From Squalus acanthias (lineage: Eukaryota), in the NCBI GenBank assembly GCA_030390025.1, contig CM059434.1, positions 33,790,001-33,854,000 of the forward strand: a stretch of 64,000 nt of DNA, in the 5' to 3' direction. Position 1 is the stretch's first letter; each line of letters opens with the position of its first letter. Under the pieces are notes generated by a model. That model did no database searches. It saw nothing but the letters and a program-made list of their open reading frames with translations, and was not told the origin of the DNA. Shown here one piece after another: positions 50,367 through 62,477 of the stretch. Position numbers and translations under genes: made by a program.

Positions 50367-50845
50367 GGCCTAGAAATTCGATGATGCCATGGCTGCTTTT
50401 CTGGCGCAAAACGGGCACCTAAGTTTCTAGTATGACAGGCTCCTCCTGGCTCCACATTAAAACCACAGGCAGCTGCCGGACACCACTCGCCCCTCCTCCC
50501 GAATAGCTCCTTCTCTTTCCTGATCACTGCCTCCCCCTCTCAGAGTCGCCCCCCCCCCCCCCCTCCTGAATGCTTCCTCCCCTCTCCCGGTCACCACCCT
50601 CCCGATCAATTCTCCTCTCTCCCGATCGCCCCCTCCCCGATTCCTCTCGCCCCCTCTCCTAGGACCTGCCTGAGGGCCGCTGCTTACAACACAGCAGCCT
50701 GAAATTCCAATCCTCTTTGTCGGCGAGACTGGGGATGCCCAGCAGGGATCTGCAGCTCGCCAGCCTCCTCTACCTGTTCCTCCGCAGGGATTGTTTCCTG
50801 CACCCATTTCGCAACGGCCTGCTGCCACAAGCCAACTTCTAGGCC
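50367..50845. mobile_element. Harbinger-type MITE
   Basis: TIRs GGCCTAGAAATT / AACTTCTAGGCC. Confidence 0.7.
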
Positions 50846-51396
50846 GCAGTCTCCAGCTGATGCAAGTTCAGCCCATATCAGGACTCAACAGTTTGAGAGT
50901 TCCATTGTAATTTTTACAACATCCCACTGCCCCCCCCCCCCCCCCCCAGATGTTCCAAAGAAAGAACAATACACAAAAACAGAAAATACCCAGAGGTGGA
51001 ATTGAAAAAAACCAAAGTGGGCTGAATGAAGATTTATTGAAACTCACTGCTGTACCAATGTTGGAAGCAATTACAGCTTGTGCATTACAAATAATTGATT
51101 TTTTTTTTTCAAATCAATGTAGTGCAATGTGTTCATCATTTAACAACATAAAAGAATTTCATCAACCCAAAGTAATTGAATTTTGAAATATAAAATGAAG
51201 GTCATTTTTAATCGTTGATTTATCAGACAAATTATAGCCAAAAAGTAGCGTTTGTACACCTATCAAAAAGTTGTAGAGTGGTTAGTTCTGCTTCATCACA
51301 ATCTGTGATAATCAATTTTGCTTTAAATCTTTCATTTCTAATATTATTTTATATTTCTTTTCCTTTCAAAGGTACTCTCTGCTTTCCACTGCAGCA

Positions 51397-52956
51397 ATGT
51401 CCCTAGAAATGGTTTCAGATAGCAGCAATACAGCCCTTATACATCCGGGATTCTCCTTATTGAATTTTCATGGTGAAGTCTTTCTTTTTGGCCAGAAAGG
51501 GTGGCCTAAAAGATCCTGCTGTACAGGTGTTTTTCTTCTTCATCTCAAAGATCACATTCTCAAACTGAAAGCTGTTTCATTTTCGTCTGACTCGTGCTAC
51601 CTTCCACCGTTGCGTTGCCCTGCAATAACTCATTACTCAGATCCCTCGGAAACAAAGAGCCTTTTTTATCTCATTCACGGTGGGAGAGCTCCAAATAATG
51701 AATTGCCTAATTTGCTTTACCTCATGATGGTTTACAGCAATGCTGGTTACAAGAGAACATCCCTTCGTTGCATTGAAAAAAATCTAAAAGGAGATGTCCC
51801 CCAAGGAAGATATGGTCATACCATCAATGTGATTCAGAGCAAGGGACAAACCACGTGTGTCTTGTTTGGGGGTAGATGTTACCGGCCTCCAGGGCAAAGA
51901 ACCACAGAAAACTGGAACAGTGTAGTGGACTGTTTGCCACAGGTTTTTCTGATTGATATAAACACCGGCCATTGCACATCCCACATGCTTCCAGAAATAG
52001 AAGATGGTTTTTCATTCCATGTCTCCATTGCAAAAATTGACACTGTCTATATATTAGGTGGACATTCCATTGAAACCAATCATCGCCCTGCAAGATTGCT
52101 CAGTCTAAAAGTTAATCTGTTAGGGAACTATCCAAGCGTAAACTGTACAATACTGCAGAGTGGTATCTCTGTATCAAGTGCAATAGTGACCCAGGCTGGC
52201 AAAGATGAATTCATAATTGTTGGTGGCTATGAATCCGAGAGCCAGAAGCGAATGATTTGTAACACCATCGTTTTGGAGAATGACAACATTCAGATTTTGG
52301 AAAAGGAGCCCCCAGCATGGGCTAGTGATATTAAAGCAAGCAAAACCTGGTTTGGTAGTGATATGGGAAGTAGTGCAGTGTTAATCGGCATTCCTGGAGA
52401 AAGCAAACAGGATACAGCTGAGGCAAACTACTTCTATATAGCAAATTTTGGAAAGTTAGAAGAAGAAAGCCAAGTTTCTGCCAGCCAGGAATCCTTTACT
52501 GATCCGGAAGAATGCAGCACATTTGAAGATTCAGAAGAATTTCACTTTATAGTGGATGCTGATGGCTCTGATGATGTTGAGAACTTGGATAATGGTGATG
52601 AGGAAGGTTACTGGATTAAATGCAGTGCCACCTGTAATGTGAATATCAACATCTGGGTGCCTTACTACTCCACAGAGCTCAATAAACCTGCTATGATCTT
52701 CTGCTCCAATGGAGGAGATGATGGGCACTGGGTACATGCCCAGTGCATGGATCTCGCAGAATCACAGCTGCTTCAGTTTTCTCAGGAGAACACAAAGTAT
52801 TTTTGCAATGAGCATCATATTGACAGAGGAATTCAAACTCCACCGAAGAAAAAACAGATAAAGCGAACGCCAATAAAATCCCCGCGTAAGAAATCACCAG
52901 CAACACTGAAAAGGACGCCAATGAAGAAGAGCTTTCTGAAGAGACTGTTTGATTGA
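51397..52956 (+). CDS. RAG2: V(D)J recombination-activating protein 2 (519 aa, single coding exon)
   Basis: The ORF matches RAG2 throughout. The beta-propeller core includes FGQKGWPKRSC..GVF, SCYLPPLRCPA, RYGHTINV and RTTENWNSVVDC. It is followed by an acidic hinge, the PHD finger (GYWIKC..C..WVPYYSTELNKPAMIFCS..GHWVHAQCMDL..KYFCNEH), a T490-equivalent QTPPKK and the C-terminal KKSFLKRLFD. A polypyrimidine tract and AG acceptors lie just upstream (51370-51371, or 51393-51394). Confidence 0.99.
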   Translation: MSLEMVSDSSNTALIHPGFSLLNFHGEVFLFGQKGWPKRSCCTGVFLLHLKDHILKLKAVSFSSDSCYLPPLRCPAITHYSDPSETKSLFYLIHGGRAPNNELPNLLYLMMVYSNAGYKRTSLRCIEKNLKGDVPQGRYGHTINVIQSKGQTTCVLFGGRCYRPPGQRTTENWNSVVDCLPQVFLIDINTGHCTSHMLPEIEDGFSFHVSIAKIDTVYILGGHSIETNHRPARLLSLKVNLLGNYPSVNCTILQSGISVSSAIVTQAGKDEFIIVGGYESESQKRMICNTIVLENDNIQILEKEPPAWASDIKASKTWFGSDMGSSAVLIGIPGESKQDTAEANYFYIANFGKLEEESQVSASQESFTDPEECSTFEDSEEFHFIVDADGSDDVENLDNGDEEGYWIKCSATCNVNINIWVPYYSTELNKPAMIFCSNGGDDGHWVHAQCMDLAESQLLQFSQENTKYFCNEHHIDRGIQTPPKKKQIKRTPIKSPRKKSPATLKRTPMKKSFLKRLFD

Positions 52957-53212
52957 AACTGCAAGACTTTTAGCAGTCATTCTAGACTTGGCAATGATTG
53001 ACAATGCAACATTTTAGAATTTAACATTTGGGGTCTTAGAAATATTTATGCAATCTGATATCTAGCTTATTTTAGACTTATTACTGTACAAAGATATCAG
53101 ACATAATTATACGGTCTATATACGCAGCATACAACAAATAGTGGGCCAAAAGCCAACTCTGCATTAGCATTGTATTGTCTACATGCACCAAGGTGTGAAT
53201 TCTTTCTTGTTA

Positions 53213-53353
53213 AATAAAGCTATGTTCATTTTCTTATTTAACAAAAGATCTAATCGAATTGCCATGTGGTCTAGTGGTACTACTATATTGTAAATTGCAG
53301 AAGATTCTCAGAATACAGTAGGCCAGAGTAGGACACATTTAAAATGCAATAAA
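53213..53353 (+). promoter_or_regulatory. Candidate RAG2 polyadenylation signals (AATAAA at 53213 and 53348)
   Basis: Canonical hexamers about 260 and 390 nt after the RAG2 stop, in non-repetitive AT-rich sequence. Confidence 0.5.
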
Positions 53354-53725
53354 CGCTGTTGTATAAACAGGAGCGAACATTTAAACGATGCTGTGCAGAA
53401 ACCTAGGAAGTTTGTTGTTTGATCTGTAGCTATTTTGTAATTTTAGCTCCAATGTTTCTTTGGTGTTACTGCTTTGAATGTAACATTTGATGCACAAGTC
53501 GGTTTTAAAGTGTCTGCTTGCAAATGTAATTTTGGTGCTATGCTTGTTAAAACAACCATTACTAACTTTACTCCTGTGGTGCTAATTTTGTAAGGAAATA
53601 AAAATAATAATTACAATCTTGAAAGTTTTCTTTGAGTCCAGAACAATAAATATCAACACAAACTCTGATACACACCATTCTATGGAGAGTATCATGTAAC
53701 TTAAAGCTCTAAGAAGCAGTGGTCT

Positions 53726-54715
53726 ACAGAAACATAGAAACATAGAAGATAGGAGCAGGAGTAGGCCATTCGGCCCTCGAGCCTGCTCCGCCATTCGATG
53801 AGATCATAGCTGATCATCCAAACTCAGTACCCTGTCCCTGCCTTCTCCCCATATCCCTTGATACCTTTAGCCTTAAGAAATATATCCAACTCCTTCTTGA
53901 ATATATTTACTGACTTGGCCTCAACTGCCTTCTGTGGTAGAGAATTCCACAGGTTCACCACTCTCTGGGTGAAGAAATTCCTCCTCATCTCTGTCCTAAA
54001 TGGCTTACCCCTTATCTTTAGACTGTGACCTCTTGTTCTGGACTCACCTGCCATCGGGAACATCCTTCCTGCATCCAGTCTGTCTAGCCCTGTTAGAATT
54101 TTATAAGTTTCAATGAGATCTCCTCTCATTCTTCTAAACTCCAGCGAGTATAAGCCCAATCGACCCAATCTCTCCTCATACGTCATTCCTGCCATCCCAG
54201 GTATCAGTCTGGTGAATCTTCGCTGCACACCCTCCATGGCAAGAACATCCTTCCTCAGATAAGGCGACCAAAACTGCACACAATACTCAAGGTGTGGTCT
54301 CACCAAGGCCCTGTACAGCTGCAGCAAGACATCTTTGTTCCTGTACTCAAACCCTCTCGCTACGAAGGCCAACATACCATTTGCCTTCTTAACCGCCTGC
54401 TGCACCTGCATGCTTACCTTCAGCGACTGGTGCACAAGGACACCCAGGTCTCGTTGCACTTCCCCTTCTCCCAATCTATTGCCGTTCAGATAATAATCTG
54501 CCTTTCTGTTTTTGCCACCAAAGTGGATAACCTCGCATTTATCCACATTATACTGCATCTGCCATGCTTCTGCCCAATCACCCAACCTGTCCAAATCATA
54601 CTGGAGTTTCTCGGCATCCTCCTTGCAGCACACACGCCCACCCAGCTTTGTGTCATCTGCAAACTTGGAGATATTACATCTAGTTCCCTCGTCTAGATCA
54701 TTAATATATATAGTG
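53726..54715 (-). mobile_element. Young CR1 LINE 3' fragment downstream of RAG2
   Basis: Open 269-aa CR1 ORF2 C terminus (53824-54633); (AGAAACAT)n tail. Confidence 0.92.
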
Positions 54716-54984
54716 AATATATATTAGTTATATTATAAATATATAAAGTTAACCTATGTGACAAATCCCCAAAATTGGATCCATGCCCATGCTCCACTTA
54801 ATCCTCGATACATCCTGAAGATACTACCCTAAAAAGTGGATTCTTTCATAATAGTTTCCTTATACAATTGCTGCATTACAGTTTTCTGTTTTTTTGCGCT
54901 AGATATTCTCTGTTCAGCATTGCCAGTCACAGCTGCAAGCAGACTTCACATCCCCTACAACCTAAAGTCACTCAAGCATTGTAA

Positions 54985-55415
54985 CAGTCTCTGCTGCCCA
55001 TATCCTAACTCGCACCAAGTCCTGTTAACCCATCACCCCTGTGCTCGCGGACCTACATTGGCTCCCAGTCCGGCAACGCCTCGATTTTAAAATTCTCATC
55101 CTTGTTTTCAAATCCCTCCATGGCCTCGCCCCTCCCTATTTCTGTAACCTCCTCCAGCCCTACACACTCCCCACCCCAAATCTCTGCTCTCCTCCAATTC
55201 TGGCCTCTTGGGCATCCCCAATTTTAATCGCTCCACCATTGGCGGCCGTGCTTTCAGCTGCCGAGGCCCTGTGCTATGGAATTCCCTCCCTAAACTACTC
55301 TGCCAAGCTTTTGATCACCTGTCCTAATGTCTCATTATATGGCTTGATGCCAAATTTTGTTTGAAAGCTCTACTATGAAGTGCCTTGGGACATTTAACTA
55401 CGTTGTTATTGTTGT
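54985..55415 (+). mobile_element. L2 LINE 3' end
   Basis: Peptide LADLHWLPVRQRLDFKILILVFKSLHGLAPPY and an L2 tail. Confidence 0.8.
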
Positions 55416-56014
55416 TGAGAACCCTTGCTCCTTATAGCACTTACTGAAATAATTCACATGCTGCTACATGTTTTTCTCGATGGAAGGTGGACTGAAAAGC
55501 ATTCTATTGAAACAGGCACAGCATCAAACCAACAACTAGTTTATTTTGCATAAAACACTTTATTAGCAGTATACAATTTTCATAATGAGAACAAACAATT
55601 TTCCTATACTCCTCAGTTGTAAAAATAATAAAGAAGTTGTCTTTTTATTGCTCCTTAAGACATCTCAAAATGTAGGGAGGTTATTTTCAACTTCGATGCC
55701 TGGGCAGTAACCTGATGGAGCAGATCACTCATCGTTGTCGAACCCGCCCGATCCCCTTTCCCAGGCTAGCACCTACGCGGCAAAGTTGAAAGTGACCCCT
55801 GTAATCACTGTTGTAATGTAGGCAAACAAAGCAGCCAATTTGCGAACAGCAAGTTCCCACAAATAGCAATGAGATAAATGAGCAGCTAATTTGTTTCAGT
55901 GATGTTGGTTAAGGAGAACACCCCCTGCTGCTCTTTGAATAGTACCATGGGATCTTTACATCCACCTAAGAGGGTAGATGGGACCTCGGTTTAACATTTC
56001 ATCTGAAAGACAAA

Positions 56015-56726
56015 GGGGGAAATATTGAGTCACTAACTCACCAGGGCGCTACTTTTAGCGCCCCGGAGAAATTAGTGCCCCCGCGGCCGAAACTGAGTGG
56101 TAGTGCCCCGAGAGGGAAGCGGGGCACTACTGGAAGCGCCCCGCCTCCCTCTTAGGGCGCTGCGAGGGAATATCACAGCACTACGTGCCACAGCGCCATG
56201 CGCGATATTGCAGGCCTTCCTCCCCTTCTTAAAGGGGAGGGGCCTTGTGCAGCGTGACCCGGGGCCCAGCTGGGCCACCGGAGATCGGAGTGCCGGCAAA
56301 AGAGCCCGGCACTCAAGAGAAGTGCCAGGCTCATGGAGCGCAGCTGGCACTCCGTGGGGGGGTGGGTCAGGAGGCCGGGGACAGCAACGGAGGCAGTTGC
56401 TGGCAGGCGGCCCGCAACAAAAATGGCCACCTGGCACCTCGCCTTTAAATAGCGCCGCCCCAGCCGCAGGTAGGCCCCCCCGACCCCGTCGGACATAACG
56501 TCCGGCGGTAAGTCAGGAGGCACTGCCACGGTGCTGCGCACGGCAATGACATCATCGTCGACGGCGCAGCGCCGTAGGGCACTAACGGTTACCGCAGCCG
56601 CTAACCTCCCGCTGAATTTCGCGGGAGGCATTGACGGCGAGGCACCCGGGCGATAGTTGCTTTGCGCCGCGTTAGTGCCCTAAGAGGGCGCTAACGGGAG
56701 GCGCAAAGCAACCGAATTTTTCCCCC
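56015..56726. mobile_element. GC-rich Harbinger-type MITE inserted in a DeuSINE-like SINE (about 55800-56850)
   Basis: TIRs GGGGGAAATATTG / CGAATTTTTCCCCC, TSD AAA. The SINE sequence is continuous across the insertion. Confidence 0.75.
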
Positions 56727-57906
56727 AAAACCTCCAACAGGGCAGCACTCCCTCAGCACTGAAGTGTGAGCCTAAATTATATGCAGAAGTCTCTGGGGTG
56801 GGGCTTGAACCCATGATCTCCTGACTCATAGGCAAGAGTGCTACCACTGATAATGATAAACTTGTGTCTGTGGAACACAAATCAAGAGTACAGACTTCCC
56901 AGTTTAAATGAGCTGGGTGGACTGAAAGGTCCTTTATTCTTTATTGTTTTCCTATATTCCGAGAGAAAACAAAATCACTAACAATGAACTTCTTTAAAGT
57001 TTACCATCTCTACCCTCATTGTTTTGATGATGAGAGATGGAAGGCACCATTTTATGGCAGACAATGGCACACTGATAAAGAATTCATACTGCATTATATT
57101 GTGTGAGCTGAGTGCCTTTCAGCAATCTCACCAAGACTGCTCAAACTGAGATCATTCTGAACACTGAACATATGTTCACTGACTTTGTGGTTTTGCCGTG
57201 TATTGTGGGTACAAGTCAAGCCATTGTTCCCGCTGAGAGATAGAATGAAAGATTGACAGAAACGCATTTCAATTGTGGCCGCTTGCAGCTTTGTGGCTGA
57301 GGTGATCGTCATCACTCGGTCCTCAATCAGACATAAGCCCAATGTTATAGACATTGAAAAACAAATCGTAGACTAGAACTTCTGCCCAAATACTTTTTGC
57401 TTGTGGTTCTAACAACCTGCAGCAAATGCTTACCCACACAGAAGGATCACAATAACGACAAGCTGCCAGCTGTGCCTTAGGTTAAGCATCTAATGCAACT
57501 GTATTAGACTAATGCTATCTAAACTACAGATGAACAATACTTATCTGAACCACTTAGAGTTCAGTTGCATCTTTAAGGTAGTTTTTTTTTTATATTGCTT
57601 TTGTATTGTGGATCCAATTGGCTTTGCACAAATAGAAATTAATGCTACTTCTTATTGCTTTCATTTAATTTATGTTACTTCATACAAGGGGGATGGACTT
57701 GGCTTGCTAGGACCCGCTTTTCTTCCTAAAATATATTTTAGCTCCTTTTAATGTTTTTTTTCCCCTCTTTTAAATCCTCTGCACTATTTTCTGGAAAATA
57801 GGAGGCAGGTGATCTATTCCCAGAACAATGCCACTACTTCTCAATCAGTTGCTAGGAATGAAAATTCCCCTCTAGATGTTCCACCCTCACTGCAGAAAAA
57901 GTCCTC

Positions 57907-58733
57907 GGGGGAAAAATTTGGTTGCTTTGCGTCTCCCGTTAGCACCCTAAGAGGGCGCTAACGGGGCGCAAAGCAACTAGCGGCCAGGCGCGGCGATGTT
58001 TGCGCCGCTCGCAAAATTGACCAGACATTTTGCAGCGGCACTAAACACTACCGCCACAATCTCCTGCACCCGCAGATCATGACGTCAGTCGAGCGTGCAA
58101 CGCCCCAGTAGTGCCCCGGACCGGATATTGAGTGGTGCCCCCTGCCTTTCCGCCTGCCGTTAGCAACAACAGGTAGAGGTGAATGTTTTGCAGTCGGGAA
58201 GGGACTGGGGGAGTGCTATTTAAAGGCGGCCACTTCCTGCCTTTTTTTGTCGGCGACATTTTTGCGCCACGCAACCTGAGAGAGAGAGAGAGAGACTTCT
58301 GGAGAGATTCAACGCTGTGTGAAGAAGTTTTGGGTACTGAGCAGCACTTTGCAGGTTCTTTTTGATTTGACCTTCCCTGCATCGATTTAGAAGAGACTAC
58401 GGGGGCTGCACTCTGAGCTCTTTCCCTGGGCCTCTCCATTGTTCTTTCCAGCAGAATTGATGTACAGGTCTCTCCAGGTCAAGATTCAAGGCTGCAATGA
58501 GCAGGGTGTGGATGGAAAGCAAGATCGACCCTCCCCTTTAAGAATTGGCCGGCGCCAGTGTGTATGTGTTCCATTGCTAACTGACATCACATCTCGCTCC
58601 TCGGCGTTAGCGCCTTAAGAGAGGTGTGTAGCGCCTGATTTAGCGCTCCAATCACCTCCAGGGTGCCAGGTGCTAAACTTTGCGCCCGGCCATTAATTGT
58701 GCCCCAAACGGGGTGATACTGAATTTCTCCCCC
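57907..58733. mobile_element. Harbinger-type MITE related to 56015-56726 (reverse orientation)
   Basis: TIRs GGGGGAAAAATT / AATTTCTCCCCC, TSD CTC. It shares the CCCTAAGAGGGCGCTAACGGG subterminal motif. Confidence 0.75.
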
Positions 58734-58782
58734 CTCTGATGTTCCAATTGAAATTGGGAATTAGCTGTGTTGAGAGTCATTA

Positions 58783-58957
58783 GAGCTGGAATTCATCTTG
58801 GGGAGTAATGCAAAACAGGCGATAGTGAATTGGCAACCAGTTTTACACACCGCCCGATTAACTTTTCAATTGGAAAAGAAAATCAAGTGGATTGTAAAAC
58901 AGGTTGTAGAGTTGTTATCGCCTGTTTTGCACTTCTGCCCAAGACAAATTTCACCCC
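58783..58957. mobile_element. Short palindromic MITE-like element
   Basis: Inverted arms GCAAAACAGGCGATA / TATCGCCTGTTTTGC. Confidence 0.6.
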
Positions 58958-58984
58958 CATAGCAACAAATCTGCACCCTATTAC

Positions 58985-60641
58985 TGTAAAATTCGCAAAT
59001 TATCGCGATTTCGAAATAACGAGAAAGAGACATACAGTTTCGTACAAACAGTTTTATTTCAGCAAAATGCTGTCAGGTTTCAAAATGGACACAAGAAGCC
59101 TGTAAAATGGCCGCCGTGCCTCGTGGCAGAAGTTTCTAGACTTTTCAGTAGGCAGACAAGATGGCGTTCCAATAAACATTTCAGCAAGATCGGACAATAC
59201 TCAGCATATATTGATATAAAACAAGACGCGATCGATTTGCATTTTGACACATAAGCAAGAAATATAAGTGCTGGAAGCGTTTTCCGGGCACAAGCAAGAG
59301 ACTATTGTACTGGGCAATCAGAGGCCCATCCAAAGACATTAATCCAAAATTCCCCGCAGCTCTACAATGAGAGAGCCATTTGCGGGTACTTACACACGAA
59401 TTCGGAGGCCCCCAAAACCCCTCCAGGGAGACTCCTAGCCGGTTCCACAATGGGAGAAACATTAACAGGTATTCAGCCAGTTACAAGTATCACCGAAACC
59501 CATTAAAGACAAGAACCACCCCATACAAGAAGTTTGAGCGCCAAAACATGACAAAAGATGAACATTAAGATTGGGCGGGAGATAAAGAATTACAGTACTA
59601 TAACTGTAGTGTACAAACGTCCATCTTTCTCTTATCCTCTCGACTCTTATCTCTGCTGACTATTGACTCGGGCCGAACTCTCGTGCTCTTGCTGCCCACC
59701 GAACTCTTGTTCCACGGATCTTTTCTGGAGTCAACCTCGTGGCTTGCCGCGAAGATCTGTGAAGAACTGGACTGCGAAGGCCGGTAAGCGGGTGCACCAT
59801 CCCGAGGGTCGGTAAACGGTGTAGGGACTCGAAGGCCCGACGAAACAAGACAAGGCAAGAAGAAGAAGAAGACGACTACACGTGCCGCTGCGGTCAGTAA
59901 ACCCCGACCGCAGCCTGAAAGATAAAGACCATTTTTGAACTTTACAGGTTACTACACGAACTGGCCTAAGAAGACTTTTCTTCGAGTTCTACCGACAACC
60001 GGTGTCTGGCACAGGAAGACTGTTCTTCGAGTTTTATCAGGAGTCCGAGGTCAACACAGATCTTCATGACAGCAGACGGTCCAGCCTGCTAGCCGGAGCA
60101 GAGCGAGTAAACAAGTGCGGTACAGAGACCCCTGATCAACATGTGAATAGTCAGGTGCTGTGGCGAAAACAGCCGAGCACCGTTGTAGAGTTCTCCGAGG
60201 TGTCACGAGTGGTGAGCATGTTTCTCGATCCTACAGATCTAGATTAGAGCAGGCATTGATAGGGGAGGGTGATTTTATTAAGGATAATTATAATGTGTGT
60301 CCCCTTTTACGATGTGTCGTGCGCTCCTCGTTTCCCTAAACCTAGTTTTATAAATGTATGTAAGCTTGTACTGTCATTAATCTGTGCTTATGACATGTAT
60401 TTCGTAATTTTGAACAATATGCAATAAAGATTTCCATTTCGTACTATTCAACCGGCTCTACCTGAGTTTTCTCTGCATTACTGCTCTCGCACCTAAGTCC
60501 AGTGTCAGAACCGTAAGGGCGAGTGGGTCGAACCACTCACAGGTGTCTAGTGCTACAAGGCTGGCTGGAGACCAGAACAGGCAATAAGGCCTAACCCCGC
60601 ACTAGCACCCAGGCTAAGCACAGAGCCGCAGACCCCTTACA
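58985..60641 (+). mobile_element. Long (1657 bp) solo LTR
   Basis: TGTAA...TTACA termini, 4-bp TSD TTAC (58981-58984, 60642-60645) and AATAAA at 60423. No recognisable retroelement ORF inside. Confidence 0.75.
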
Positions 60642-60779
60642 TTACACAAGCCACCCCAATGACTCGGCATATTTTTTCCAATGAGCAGCTAAAGCCATAC
60701 TGACCAGGATGAGCTCAGGTTCAATCCTCAGTCTGTGCCAGGATGTAGGGGATCGACAATTTTCTTCTGTACTTATGAG

Positions 60780-62476
60780 TTCATAGAATCATAGAAGTTT
60801 GCAGCACAAAAAGAGGCTATTCGGCCCATTGTGCCAGTGCTGGTCGAAAAAGAGCTATCCAGCCTAATCACACTTTCCAGCTCTTGGTTCATAGCCTTGC
60901 AGGTTACGGCACTTCAAGTGCATATCCAAGTACTTTTTAAATGCGATGAGGGTTTCTGCCTCTACCACCCTTTCAGGTAGTGAGTTCCAGACGCCCACCA
61001 CCCTCTGGGTGAACAAAGTTCTCCTCAACTCCCCTCTAATCCTTCTACCAATTACTTTAAATCTATGCCCTCTGGTTATTTACCTTTCTGCTAAGGGAAA
61101 TAGGTCCTTCCTATCCACTCTATCTAGGCCCCTCATAATTTTATACACATCAATTAAATCTCCCCTCAGCCTCCTCTGTTCCATAGAAAACAACCTCAGC
61201 CTATCCAATCTTTCTAATAGCTAAAATTCTCCAATCTTGGCAACATCCTCGTAAGTCTCCTTTGTATCACCTTTAGTGCAATCACTTCTTTCCTGTAATG
61301 TGGTGACCAGAACTGTACGCAGTACTCTAGCTGTGGCCTAACTAGTGTTTTATACAGTTGTAGCATAACCTCCCTGCTCTTATATTCTATGCCTCGGCTA
61401 ATAAAGGAAAGTATCCCATATGCCTTCTTAACCACCTTATCTGCCTGTCCTGCTACCTTCAAGGATCTGTGGACATGCATGCCAAGGTCTCTCTGTTCCT
61501 CTACACTTCTCAGTATCCTATCATTTATTGTGTATTCCCTTGCCTTGTTAGCGACCCCCCCGCCCCAAATGCATTACCTCACACTTCTGCGGATTGAATT
61601 TCATTTGCCACTTTTCTGCCCACCAGACCAGTCCATCGATATCTTCCTGCAGTCTACAGCTTTCTTCCTCACTATCAGCCACACGGACAATTTTTGTATC
61701 ATCTGCAAACTTCTGAATCATACCCCTTACACTGAAGTCTAAATCATTGATATATACCAAAAAAAGCAAGGGACCTAGTACTGAGCCCTGCGGAACCCCA
61801 CTGGAAACAGCCTTCCAGTCACAAAAACAACCGTTGACCATTACCTTTTGCTTCCTGCCACTGAGCCAATTTTGGATCCAACTTGTCACTTTCCATTGGA
61901 TCCCATGGGTTTTACTTTACTGACCAGTCTGCCATGTGGGACCTGGTCAAAAGACTTGCTAAAATCCATGTAGACTACATCAAACGTGCTACCCTCATCA
62001 ACCCTCCTTGTTACCTCCTCAAAAATTCAATCAAGTTAGTAAGACATGACCTTCCCTTAACAAATCCATGATGACTGTCCTTGATTATTCCGTGCCTTTC
62101 TAAATGACGATTAATACGGTCCCTCAGAGTTTTTTACCCACCACCGAGGTTAGGCTGACTGGCCTGTAATTACTCGGGCTATCCCTTTCTCCCTTCTTAA
62201 ACAATGGTACAACGTTAGCAGTCCTCCAGTCCTCCGGTACCACACCTGTAGCCAGAGAGGATTGGAAAATGATGGTCAAAGCCTCCGCTATTTCCTCCCT
62301 TGCTTCTCTTAATAGCTTGGGATACATTTCATCTGGGCCTGGCGCTTTATCTACTTTCAAAGATGCTAAACCCCTTAATATTTCCTCTCTCACTATGTTT
62401 ATCTCATCTAATATTTCACACTCCTCCTCCTTAACTATGTCTGCATCGTCCCCATATTTTGTGAAGAGAGACACAA
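60780..62476 (-). mobile_element. CR1 LINE fragment
   Basis: RT ORF pieces 61214-62474 ([31 protein letters not shown]) and a CR1 3' tail. Confidence 0.9.
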
Positions 62477-62477
62477 T

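Noticed and set aside
56015-56726. CpG-island promoter or GC-rich gene
   Set aside because: Delimited by TIRs and a TSD, with a related copy at 57907-58733; it is a MITE.
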